A DNA stretch of 64,000 nt from Candidatus Cloacimonadales bacterium (GTDB lineage Bacteria; Cloacimonadota; Cloacimonadia; Cloacimonadales; JAFGVF01): assembly GCA_963677815.1 (NCBI GenBank), contig OY782499.1, positions 2,789,252 to 2,853,251 of the forward strand. The letters run 5' to 3'. Within the stretch, counting starts at the first letter, position 1. Every line of letters starts with the position of its first letter. This document shows positions 1 through 8,613 of this stretch, in pieces. The notes below the pieces were generated by a model. It ran no database searches, had not been told where the DNA came from, and worked only from the letters and a program-made list of their open reading frames with translations. A program made the translations under genes and the position numbers.

Positions 1-563
1 ATTGCTACTGAATTCCAATCTACATCATTCACTTTACTTTCAATTTCTACAGTAACTTCCTCTTTTGATTCAGGTCTACCTTCAAAAGTGTATTCTTTTT
101 CTATATGTTTTCCAGCTGAAAAAATCTTCATTATTGCAACATCACCTGGGTTATAGGACTTCAATATTTCAGTAAAAGTTTTATTATTTGTAACTTTTCG
201 CTCATCAATTTCATAGATAATATCATTAGCGAATATCTTTTGTCTGCTTGCTGAAGAAGCAGGAACTACACCTGATATCAATACACCATAAGTTAAGTCA
301 TAGTTCAGTTCTCTAACATTTTCCAGGGTTAAATCTTTTGGATAAACACCCATATATACTTTTCCTGAATTAGCACTGTTTACAGTTATTGTTATAGGAT
401 TATCTTCATCTGACATTTTTTCTGCTAAATCTTCCATATGTTCGGCAAATTTTTCCATTTTTTGTTCAAAATTATCCATATTCACTTCGATTTGTGTCTC
501 TTGAGCCAAGGCCATTGTTAATGCTAAAGTCATTAACACAGTAATAATTAAAAACTTTTTCAT
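1..563 (-). CDS. PDZ domain-containing secreted protein (N-terminus present; C-terminal part lies beyond window start)
   Basis: Own translation of the minus strand from ATG 563-561, with GGAGG 5 nt upstream. It gives signal peptide MKKFLIITVLMTLALTMALAQ, then ...YGVLISGVVPASSASRQKIFANDIIYEIDERKV...PGDVAIMKIF (PDZ-like pattern). Absent from the ORF track because the frame is open to position 1. Confidence 0.6.
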   Translation of the reverse strand, partial: MKKFLIITVLMTLALTMALAQETQIEVNMDNFEQKMEKFAEHMEDLAEKMSDEDNPITITVNSANSGKVYMGVYPKDLTLENVRELNYDLTYGVLISGVVPASSASRQKIFANDIIYEIDERKVTNNKTFTEILKSYNPGDVAIMKIFSAGKHIEKEYTFEGRPESKEEVTVEIESKVNDVDWNSVA

Positions 564-706
564 TTTATCCTCCAGTTTTTTTGTTTTCTTTATTTACTAT
601 TAGTGCAAGTAGTGTTCCAAACTTGTTTAATCATCCTAACCTGTTTAATATTAGATATTTACCGATATTTTGAATTATTAATCAAAATTATAAGTTAGGG
701 AATTTT

Positions 707-745
707 ATATCATTTTGATATATAAAAAATATCATTTTGATATAT
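707..745. promoter_or_regulatory. two tandem copies of the 17-bp word ATATCATTTTGATATAT (each containing palindrome ATATCA-N4-TGATAT), 22-bp register; candidate operator pair
   Basis: Perfect direct repeat at 707-723 and 729-745. It lies 145-180 bp upstream of the PDZ-protein ATG (563, minus strand). Confidence 0.3.
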
Positions 746-867
746 TAGGGTAGTAGAATGAACAATAAAGATTATTTGAAGTATCAGAACTGAAAGGGAT
801 TTATACTTTCCCTGGTCTACTTGACTCGACCTTACTTTTCTTTTTCTCTTTTTTTAATGAAAAAGAT

Positions 868-896
868 GCGGATGTGGTCATCCGCTTTCCCAGTTA
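868..896 (+). repeat. hairpin module GCGGATG-tggt-CATCCGC followed by TTCCCAGTTA
   Basis: 7-bp perfect stem. The same module recurs at 53185-53213. Confidence 0.75.
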
Positions 897-898
897 TT

Positions 899-1115
899 GA
901 GCTGAAAGGGGATTGTTTACTCTCCCCGGTCTACACGACCACCCCTCTCAAACGCTCTTACGAGCTGAAAGGGGATTGTTTACTCTCCCCGGTCTACACG
1001 ACCACCCCTCTCAGGCACTCTAACGAGTTGAAAGGGGATTGTTTACTCTCCCCGGTCTACACGACCACCCCTCTCAGGCACTCTAACGAGTTGAAAGGGG
1101 ATTGTTTACTCTCCC
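899..1115 (+). repeat. tandem array of a 63-bp unit, about 3.5 copies (GAGCTGAAAGGGGATTGTTTACTCTCCCCGGTCTACACGACCACCCCTCTCAGGCACTCTAAC)
   Basis: Unit starts at 899, 962, 1025 and 1088 (period 63). A degenerate extra copy lies at 790-831. Confidence 0.95.
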
Positions 1116-1194
1116 AGATTACAATAGAGCTTTAAAAATAGCACTATATTATTCTGCAATCTTCAATAAAGTTCTACTAGACTATCTGGGTTAA
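1113..1194. mobile_element. minimal (about 78 bp) copy of the TIR element family (copy E): both inverted ends without the internal modules
   Basis: CCCAGATTACAATAGAGCTTTA...TAAAGTTCTACTAGACTATCTGGG followed by TTAA. The ends match those of copies A-D. Confidence 0.6.
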
Positions 1195-1209
1195 GTTCCA
1201 TCCTAGTTC

Positions 1210-1266
1210 CTTGATTGTTACTCTCTCAATAAGCTACTGTTATTTAATTGAGTAACTAACAATCAA
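1210..1266. repeat. long-stem hairpin H, copy 1 (CTTGATTGTTACTC...GAGTAAC(taac)AATCAAG-like)
   Basis: Inverted repeat with a spacer of roughly 26 nt. It ends 12 nt from the stop of the OstA-like gene. Copies 2 and 3 are at 21751-21808 and 50699-50756. Confidence 0.8.
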
Positions 1267-1278
1267 TCAATAATAAAT

Positions 1279-2382
1279 TTAATCTTTAATTCTTGGAGCA
1301 GATTTAAAAATATAAGTTCCTTGAATATTCTGGTCTTGTTTAATTTCTTCGATTTTATTATCTTCTGTAAATGTAACTTCAAGCATATTAGATGAAGATT
1401 CATTACGGGAATAATCTTTACTATTAGCTTTTTCTTCTTCAGAAACAATTTCATAGAGGACATTTGTATCAGCTAGCATTGATTTTGGTTTTTTATTTTC
1501 AAAGAAAATATCTATTTTTTCAGCTGTAAGCCAATTGTTATAATCTTGGGATTCCTCAAATGAGAAATCTAAACGACAGTTATTAACAAATTCCACATGA
1601 GATAAATTGTTTTCCACAAAGAGAAGGTTAAAGGTTTCTGCAGTACCAAGCCCAAAATCAGTTTCAATTCTAGGTTGACCTGTAAAGACAGCCTTTCCTT
1701 GCTCATTGTAATAGATTAGAAAATTACTAAGAATTTCTGCCTCAGTCAAGCTTGTTTCCACATTAAACATAGCAACAACTTTGTCAAAATTAGCATGATA
1801 CTCCATCTTTTCAGCAGAGATAGTTAGAGAATCTTTTTTGTTCTCGATAAGAGGATTGATATTCATGTAACCGTAGCCATCATTTCTATGATATTCAAGA
1901 TAACCTGAAGAAGCAGTTAAATTATCTTTTAGTTCTTTAGCCAGAACATTTTTAGAAGCAATAATCTCTTCGACTTTACGATTATAGATGAGAGTATCAG
2001 CTAAGAACTGTCTTTTTAGCTCTTGTTTTGCATTATATTCATAGGCTATGACATTGCCACTAAATTGAACAACTTCTTCTAAATTGTTATAGTAGGCATA
2101 ATCAGAAGTAATTGTCAGGGTGTCCTTTTTCACTACGACATTATTAAACAACTTAGCTGTTTCAGTCTTCTCTACAATAGTTCCTTTATTGCAGAAAAAT
2201 TCTATTTGTCCATATATAAAATTCACATTTCCGTTCATGTTTAGAATATACTTGTCATTATTCTTGTTTAAGACGACATTATCGGCATTTTTAATCTTAT
2301 AACTTTTATCTTTAAGTAGTTCGTTACTCAGTGCTATTGTTGTGCTTGTTACGATTAGAAAAATCGCCAAAAGTCTTTTCAT
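1279..2382 (-). CDS. OstA/LptA-like periplasmic LPS-transport protein (large, 367 aa)
   Basis: Signal peptide MKRLLAIFLIVTSTTIALS. It lies directly downstream of kdsA-kdsC-lptC-like genes, the conserved kdsC-lptC-lptA synteny. The call rests mainly on synteny. Confidence 0.5.
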   Translation of the reverse strand: MKRLLAIFLIVTSTTIALSNELLKDKSYKIKNADNVVLNKNNDKYILNMNGNVNFIYGQIEFFCNKGTIVEKTETAKLFNNVVVKKDTLTITSDYAYYNNLEEVVQFSGNVIAYEYNAKQELKRQFLADTLIYNRKVEEIIASKNVLAKELKDNLTASSGYLEYHRNDGYGYMNINPLIENKKDSLTISAEKMEYHANFDKVVAMFNVETSLTEAEILSNFLIYYNEQGKAVFTGQPRIETDFGLGTAETFNLLFVENNLSHVEFVNNCRLDFSFEESQDYNNWLTAEKIDIFFENKKPKSMLADTNVLYEIVSEEEKANSKDYSRNESSSNMLEVTFTEDNKIEEIKQDQNIQGTYIFKSAPRIKD

Positions 2383-2917
2383 CAGCTACTCCTTGACCTG
2401 ATACTTTTTCCATTTTAGTCATTTCAAGTTTAGAATTTGTTATAAGGTTAAATCCATTTAAATAGGTATTTTGATCCCAATAATCTACTTGTCCAGGACA
2501 AGTAATCCTGTCAGAGGTTCTATCCCAGAGAGCTAAGTCTGTATCTATCTTCCTCAAATCTCCATATTTAAACACAACATTGCCTATTCCACGGATAATA
2601 TTTGATCTATCATCAATAATGGTTGTATCACAGACCACAGTGGAAACAATACCAGTATCCTCTTCAACTGTCATGATATAAACAGAATCGGCTATTGTTC
2701 TTTGTTCTTCATAGTATCTTGTAATAGATCTAGCTTTTAGAAGATATTCTAGTTTATCACCATTATATTTCTTCATTTCCACATTTTGACTATTTTCATC
2801 TGGAGCAGATTTATCCATATCAATCTGAGGTCTTTCAGAAGTGGTTTCACAAGCTGTAAAAATACAAGTGATAAGAATTATTAAGCTAATCAGTAAACTT
2901 TTGAATAGATTTTTCAT
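2324..2917 (-). CDS. LptC-like lipoprotein
   Basis: Lipoprotein-type signal (LIILITCIFTAC), about 200 aa, positioned between kdsC and the OstA-like gene. It overlaps both neighbours (59 and 32 nt). Confidence 0.45.
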   Translation of the reverse strand: MKNLFKSLLISLIILITCIFTACETTSERPQIDMDKSAPDENSQNVEMKKYNGDKLEYLLKARSITRYYEEQRTIADSVYIMTVEEDTGIVSTVVCDTTIIDDRSNIIRGIGNVVFKYGDLRKIDTDLALWDRTSDRITCPGQVDYWDQNTYLNGFNLITNSKLEMTKMEKVSGQGVADEKTFGDFSNRNKHNNSTE

Positions 2918-3413
2918 AGAGTCCTTGAGCTTCTAAGATTAAGTCGATTACTTGTCTAACAGCTCCATCTCCTCCAATTTTCTGAGAGATGAAATCTACA
3001 TAAGCTTTTATAGCTTCTTCTCCATCTAGTGGAGTAGCTGCAAAGCCAGCTCGAGTTAAAATAGGATAATCATTCCAATCATCGCCAATATAAGCTACAT
3101 TATCCCATTCTAAATTAAGTTGATCAAGCAATTCTTGCATTTTCTCTGCTTTATTATCAATGTTTTGATAATAGTGCTTTATCTTTAAGTCTTGGCAACG
3201 TCTTTCTAAGACTAAAGAAGTTCTACCTGTTATCACAGCTGGAATCAGTCCAGCTCTATTTAGCATCATAATTCCCATACCATCTCGAGCTGAGAAGTTC
3301 TTTTGTTCGAGGACCTTGTTATCTTCGGTTTGAATATAGGTTATTTTCCCATCGGTTAAAACACCATCGCAATCGAAGCAAACTAGTTTTATTTTTTTTA
3401 ATTTATCTTGCAT
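2886..3413 (-). CDS. kdsC: 3-deoxy-D-manno-octulosonate 8-phosphate phosphatase
   Basis: HAD motif I VCFDCDGVLTDG, GDDWNDYP motif, 175 aa, adjacent to kdsA. Confidence 0.85.
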   Translation of the reverse strand: MQDKLKKIKLVCFDCDGVLTDGKITYIQTEDNKVLEQKNFSARDGMGIMMLNRAGLIPAVITGRTSLVLERRCQDLKIKHYYQNIDNKAEKMQELLDQLNLEWDNVAYIGDDWNDYPILTRAGFAATPLDGEEAIKAYVDFISQKIGGDGAVRQVIDLILEAQGLYEKSIQKFTD

Positions 3414-4197
3414 TCCATACCCTTAAACAATCGGTTAAAAGTTTTTCCATTTTACTTAGTTCAAACATTGATTTAGCATCACTTAGTCCCTCTTTTGGAT
3501 TAGGATGGGTTTCGATAAAAAGCCCATCAACTAAGCCTGTAGCCAATGCTGCTTTAGCCATCATAGGAACATATTGAGGACTACCTCCAGAGACTTTACT
3601 TATTGAAGGTTGTTGCAGTGAATGAGTTACATCATATATGACTGGGAAATTTGCTTCTTTCATAATAGCAAAATTTCTGAAATCAACTACTAAATTATGA
3701 TAACCAAAAGAGGAACCTCTTTCTGTAAGCATTATTTTACTATTTCCAGTAGAAAGAACTTTCTGAGAAGCAGCATACATATCTTCCCCAGCCATAAATT
3801 GGGCTTTTTTGATATTAACAATTTTGTTACTTTTGCCAGCAGCAAGAAGGAGATCTGTTTGTCTTGCTAAGAAAGCAGGGATTTGTATAATATCAGCAAC
3901 CTGAGCTACTGAGTTAATTTCATTAGTTTCATGAACATCTGTTACAATAGGAAGATTAAATTCAGTTTTAACTTTAGCTAAGATATTAAGTCCTTCATCA
4001 ATACCTAAACCAGTAAAAGAGTCTAAAGAGCTTCTATTGGCTTTTTTATAAGAAGCTTTAAAAACATAAGGGATGTTTAACTTTTCTGTTATCTGCTTAA
4101 TCTTCTCAGCTATTTTCAATACTAGATCTTCAGATTCGATAACACAGGGTCCAGCTAATAGAAAAAAATTTTGGCTATTTTTAAAACTATTATACAT
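3403..4197 (-). CDS. kdsA: 2-dehydro-3-deoxyphosphooctonate aldolase (KDO8P synthase)
   Basis: 264 aa. Has LLAGPCVIES, FKASYKKANRSS and DVTHSLQQP, signatures typical of KdsA. Confidence 0.9.
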   Translation of the reverse strand: MYNSFKNSQNFFLLAGPCVIESEDLVLKIAEKIKQITEKLNIPYVFKASYKKANRSSLDSFTGLGIDEGLNILAKVKTEFNLPIVTDVHETNEINSVAQVADIIQIPAFLARQTDLLLAAGKSNKIVNIKKAQFMAGEDMYAASQKVLSTGNSKIMLTERGSSFGYHNLVVDFRNFAIMKEANFPVIYDVTHSLQQPSISKVSGGSPQYVPMMAKAALATGLVDGLFIETHPNPKEGLSDAKSMFELSKMEKLLTDCLRVWNAR

Positions 4198-4273
4198 CTT
4201 ATTTCCTTTGGGTAATTTTTAGTAGACTTATTTCATGGCAAGTTTAAAGTCAAGAATAATCTGGAAAGAGAAA

Positions 4274-4849
4274 TCACTCTTTATTAGCTTTCTGGACCTC
4301 ATTATATCTATAGCAGGAGATAATATGGTCATTTACCATTCCTATAGCCTGCATAAATGAATATATAATAGTAGTTCCAATGAATTTAAAATTTCTTCTC
4401 TTTAAAGCCTTTGAAATCTTGTCAGAAAGCTCAGTAGATGCTGGAATTTGATCGATAGAGGTAAATTCATTAACTATAGGTTTATCATTAACAAAAGACC
4501 AGATATACTTAGAAAAAGAAGTAAATTCACTTTGAATCTTTAAAATCTCTTGGGCATTATTAATTGCCGCATTAATCTTCAGTTTATTTCTAATAATCCC
4601 CGCATCAAGTAATAATTCTTGCACTTTTACATCATCGAAATTAGCAACTTTGCTTATTTCAAAATTTGCGAAAGCTTTACGAAAGTTATCTCTCTTCTTA
4701 AGGATAGTAAGCCAGCTAAGTCCAGCTTGCATACTTTCTAGAACTAGAAATTCGAATAGCATCTGGTCATCATGTAAGGGAAGTCCCCATTCTTTGTCGT
4801 GGTATTCTTTATAAAGAGGGTCAGATAAACACCAATCACATCTTTTCAT
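4274..4849 (-). CDS. tag: DNA-3-methyladenine glycosylase I
   Basis: N-terminal RCDWC...YHDKEWGLP...LFEFLVLESMQAGLSW, a classic Tag signature; 191 aa. Confidence 0.9.
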   Translation of the reverse strand: MKRCDWCLSDPLYKEYHDKEWGLPLHDDQMLFEFLVLESMQAGLSWLTILKKRDNFRKAFANFEISKVANFDDVKVQELLLDAGIIRNKLKINAAINNAQEILKIQSEFTSFSKYIWSFVNDKPIVNEFTSIDQIPASTELSDKISKALKRRNFKFIGTTIIYSFMQAIGMVNDHIISCYRYNEVQKANKE

Positions 4850-4855
4850 AAAATT

Positions 4856-5839
4856 CTAGACCATCTTTAATACTCTAAGAGCATTTTTATAAAACAACTT
4901 CTCAATCGTATCAATTGAAACATTTCTTTTTCTCAAGAAAATAGCAAAATCTTGATAGAATCCAGGATTTTTAACACCATCAAGATATTTTGAAATACCA
5001 TCAAAATCAGACCCTAAAGCCAAAACATCATCACCAAATTTAGAAGCTATTACATCTAACATCTGATATATTGCAGAATAGCCTTTAGGATAATCTTCAT
5101 AAACTTTCATATCAGCAGTTTCAATAAAGTCAGGATAGAAGTTCAAGCCCATTACTCCACCACGTTTATTTATTTCTTTAATCATATCATCACTTAGATT
5201 TCTTTCATGAGGAACAAGAGCTCTATAATTTGAATGAGAGGCAATTATTGGTACTTCAAGTAAATCTAAGTAATCCCAAAATCCTTGATCAGATATATGA
5301 GATACATCAAAAATCACTTTCAATTCATTGATTTTGTTAGCAAGAAACTGTCCGTGTTTAAGAATACCATAAGGTTCAGTTGCTGATCCTACATAAGGTA
5401 GAGCTCTATTCCAAGTTGGAGCTATAATCCTCACTCCTAATTCTACAAAAATATCTAGTAAATCTAAATCATTCTCGATTAACTCAAGTCCTTCTATAGA
5501 TATTAGAGTTCCGTATTTATCTTTATTATTCTCCCAGTCAGAAGCTGAAAAATATTGATAAAGGTCGATATCTCTTTTGATATCTTGTTTGATATGTGAT
5601 ATCATCTTTAAACCATTATGAAGTGGATTTGTAATTCCGAGCTGACCAATAAAAAGTGATTGAGTTTGCAGTCGGACATTGCCACCAACTAAGGCTTCTT
5701 TAGTTATATCTTCAGTTATCTGAACTTCTTTAGAGGGTTGAGAAGGCATTTTAAAATAAGCCTTGCGTAACCAAGGTAAAGTAGTGAAAAGATCTTTCTT
5801 CATATAAGTATCGGCATGCAAGTCAATTACAGGAATCAT
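4856..5839 (-). CDS. membrane dipeptidase (peptidase M19 family)
   Basis: IDLHADT near the N-terminus, a HSNYRAL-type motif, GSDFDG; 327 aa. Confidence 0.8.
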   Translation of the reverse strand: MIPVIDLHADTYMKKDLFTTLPWLRKAYFKMPSQPSKEVQITEDITKEALVGGNVRLQTQSLFIGQLGITNPLHNGLKMISHIKQDIKRDIDLYQYFSASDWENNKDKYGTLISIEGLELIENDLDLLDIFVELGVRIIAPTWNRALPYVGSATEPYGILKHGQFLANKINELKVIFDVSHISDQGFWDYLDLLEVPIIASHSNYRALVPHERNLSDDMIKEINKRGGVMGLNFYPDFIETADMKVYEDYPKGYSAIYQMLDVIASKFGDDVLALGSDFDGISKYLDGVKNPGFYQDFAIFLRKRNVSIDTIEKLFYKNALRVLKMV

Positions 5840-5847
5840 TTATCCTC

Positions 5848-8016
5848 CTAGTATTCTGAAAATTTGAACATATTTTTTGTAAAACCAAAAGCTAAAAAGT
5901 AATTAATTCTTGAATCTAAGTCATAAGCTATAGCTAATCTAAGTGGACCTAAGGGAGTCTTATATCCAAGAGTCAAATCTAATACCTTATCAGAAGTTAG
6001 AGATTCTGCAGAATCATCAATTTCTCCCTTGTAGAGGAACTGACTACTTAAAGTGGCAAAAAATCTATTCTGATAATTATATTGTAGGCCTAGTCTATTT
6101 ATTTGAAAAGCTTCTTCACTTAAACCATGTTTATCTATACCAGTAAAGGAATCAATACCTCCAATCTCATAAGGAGAGAAGGTGTTACCTAATTCTGCAT
6201 TTATGAATAATCCAGATTCAATTCCTGCCTGCAAAGATAAACAAGAGCATAATTTGAAAGATTTGAATAGATCTATATATACCTTTTCGTATGATTCTTC
6301 AGATATCTGACCTTGGAAAGATTTTTGATAAGACAACATGACTCTATTACCTTCACTTGGAAAATAAATATCATCTAAACTTTCGTGATATGCTTTAAAG
6401 CCTAAACCTGCTGCCCCAAATCTTCTTTGCTGTAAATCTAATTGAGCAACATCTTGATAAAGATTTGATCTATATCCAAAGGAATAGCCCTCCCCCACCA
6501 GGATATCTTTTATAAAAAAACCAAGTCCTAACTTTAAACCATATTCAAGTTTTTTTATTCTAACACTTTTATCCCCATCTTCATTATAATAATATAATTT
6601 ACTTTCTTGGAGATGAGGAAAGATATGATAATAAGCACCATATAGGTCACCAAAATTCTTAACATAATCAATTTTAAGGGAGTTTATTCCTCCCAGCTGA
6701 AGGCTTGTGATAAACTTGGAATTCTTCTGTAAGAGATTATTCATAGTTGTAGTTATTCTTGCTATTAGATCATCTGAAGTGTCATAAATAGCATCAAAAC
6801 TTATAAGTGAATTTCCCCTCTCTTTAGTAACTAATTCGAGGTCATACTTTCCTTGGTTATAATGTAGTTTTGGGTAAACCCAGACAAAATGCTTAGTATT
6901 ATAACATTTCATAGCTGATTCAAGGATTTCTGAATAAGTATAGAAGTTATTATTTTCTAATCCAGAAAAGAGTTTGATTTTGCTATCATGAATTGTTTTG
7001 TTACCTGAAGTTGTAATATTATTTATGAATATTCTTTTAGGAATTCTGTATGTATTAGTTTTACTGCTTAACTTCTTCCTTTCTTTAACAAGGCTCTTTA
7101 ATTCATCAATTTTCTCTCTTGCTGCATCTTCCCCAAACTGAATTATTTCTTTTGCATTTTCGAAACTTGAATTTGAGTAATTATCTAATTGTGGAATTAT
7201 GAGCAAATCAGTTTTTTTTATAGATTCTTCAACCCAAACATTCATATTCAAATTAATTGTTTGATTTAAAACTGCAATAAAATCCTCACATTCTCCCTTG
7301 TCTTTTAATGGTGTACTCACTTTGTTAGCAATTGTGAAGTCTGCTCCCATATCAATTAAAGCTTGCACTGGTAGATTATTCTTAACGCCACCATCTATGT
7401 AAAGCTGATTATCAACTTCAAATGGTTCTAGTAAAGTTGGAAAGGCCATTGATGCACGGACAACGTCTATCAAATTACCTTCACTGAAAGTAACTGCTTG
7501 GCCAGTGATTAAATTAGTTGCATTACATCTAAATGGAATAGGAAATTCATCAAAATTCTCATAATATGCTCCAGTATTAAGATGCTTAGCAAGTTTCTGT
7601 AACATATTATTGCCAGATAGAATAGCAATAGGCATATCTAATGATAAATTTTCATCAATATTGAAATTAGCTGCCCCATATTCAAGCCATCTTTTCTCCT
7701 CAATAAAGAGGTCTTTTCTACTAATTGAATCATCAATATTGCTTCTAAAATCAAGTTTCATAAAGATAGCTTCAATTTCCTTACCTGAATACCCTAGTGA
7801 ATATAGAGCTCCAATTAAAGCTCCAAAAGATGTGCCTGAGACATAATCAACTTCTAAACCTATTTCATCAATAACTTTTAATAAGCCGATATGAGCAAAA
7901 GCTCTTGCTCCCCCTCCACTCAAAGCTAAGCCAATCTTAGCTTGATTGGCTGGCAATGAGAATATCACTAGTAAAGTAATTACAATACCAAGAATTCTTT
8001 TCATACTTTTAATCAA
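5848..8016 (-). CDS. patatin-like phospholipase fused to an Omp85-type beta-barrel (PlpD-like, type Vd autotransporter architecture)
   Basis: Signal peptide, then GLALSGGGARAFAHIGLLKVIDE and GTSFGALIG (patatin G-G-G-x-R and GxSxG), DGG motif. The C-terminal half is beta-rich and ends in an aromatic residue (...FKFSEY). Length is 722 aa, similar as I recall to P. aeruginosa PlpD. Confidence 0.7.
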   Translation of the reverse strand: MIKSMKRILGIVITLLVIFSLPANQAKIGLALSGGGARAFAHIGLLKVIDEIGLEVDYVSGTSFGALIGALYSLGYSGKEIEAIFMKLDFRSNIDDSISRKDLFIEEKRWLEYGAANFNIDENLSLDMPIAILSGNNMLQKLAKHLNTGAYYENFDEFPIPFRCNATNLITGQAVTFSEGNLIDVVRASMAFPTLLEPFEVDNQLYIDGGVKNNLPVQALIDMGADFTIANKVSTPLKDKGECEDFIAVLNQTINLNMNVWVEESIKKTDLLIIPQLDNYSNSSFENAKEIIQFGEDAAREKIDELKSLVKERKKLSSKTNTYRIPKRIFINNITTSGNKTIHDSKIKLFSGLENNNFYTYSEILESAMKCYNTKHFVWVYPKLHYNQGKYDLELVTKERGNSLISFDAIYDTSDDLIARITTTMNNLLQKNSKFITSLQLGGINSLKIDYVKNFGDLYGAYYHIFPHLQESKLYYYNEDGDKSVRIKKLEYGLKLGLGFFIKDILVGEGYSFGYRSNLYQDVAQLDLQQRRFGAAGLGFKAYHESLDDIYFPSEGNRVMLSYQKSFQGQISEESYEKVYIDLFKSFKLCSCLSLQAGIESGLFINAELGNTFSPYEIGGIDSFTGIDKHGLSEEAFQINRLGLQYNYQNRFFATLSSQFLYKGEIDDSAESLTSDKVLDLTLGYKTPLGPLRLAIAYDLDSRINYFLAFGFTKNMFKFSEY

Positions 8017-8521
8017 GAACGATGATATCTACTGAACCAAAAACTGCATCAGCATCAATAATTAATGCTGTTTCATTGTTTGCTGCCCATTTCAGCTTCG
8101 AATCCTTATAAACTTTACCAAAAACTGCGTCAGCTTCTATTCTAACAGGTGTTTGACTCGAAACATATATAATTGCTCTGCCAAATACTGCTGTAACATC
8201 AATATATCTATCTTGACTTGTTACATCTATATTTGTTAATCTTAAAGAGTCTGTGGAAAATACAACATTAAGTTCTTCTGAGTATTCTTCAGAAATATGT
8301 TCTGTATAACCATGATTTACTCTCCGGTTTATCCTATTCCTTTTAGTTCCAAAGCCTCCAATAAGAAGCTGTACACCAAAGATAATTATACAAATTGATA
8401 TAAACACTGTACCTAATGGAAATCTTATACTAGGAAAAAAAGCTTTTAATACTAAGGAAAGTCCCCAGAGTATTAATAAAATTCCCCAAAAAGCAGTTGA
8501 AAAGAAAAAGTTCATTCTCAT
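8009..8521 (-). CDS. membrane protein with LiaF-like (toast-rack/DUF2154-like) C-terminal domain
   Basis: Two N-terminal TM helices. The C-terminus has a repeated AVFG motif (TAVFGRAIIYV, ADAVFGKV, ADAVFGSVDIIV). Confidence 0.45.
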   Translation of the reverse strand: MRMNFFFSTAFWGILLILWGLSLVLKAFFPSIRFPLGTVFISICIIIFGVQLLIGGFGTKRNRINRRVNHGYTEHISEEYSEELNVVFSTDSLRLTNIDVTSQDRYIDVTAVFGRAIIYVSSQTPVRIEADAVFGKVYKDSKLKWAANNETALIIDADAVFGSVDIIVLD

Positions 8522-8561
8522 TCCTCCTCCAAACTTATTTTATTTTTTCTCTTATATAAAT

Positions 8562-8596
8562 AAGAGACACAATACAAAAACTATATTGTGTCTCTT
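8562..8596 (-). terminator. intrinsic terminator downstream of purL
   Basis: 13-bp stem AAGAGACACAATA / TATTGTGTCTCTT with a 9-nt loop and T-rich flanks on both strands. Confidence 0.6.
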
Positions 8597-8613
8597 TTAG
8601 ATTCTGTCAAATA

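Noticed and set aside
821-1135. ORF-track ORF (104 aa) with repeated ELKGDCLLSPVYTTTPLRHSN peptide
   Set aside because: It is the 63-bp tandem array read in an open frame (63 is divisible by 3). It has no RBS and a non-ATG start. The same DNA unit occurs in both orientations and in non-coding contexts elsewhere, so the open frame is a by-product of the repeat.
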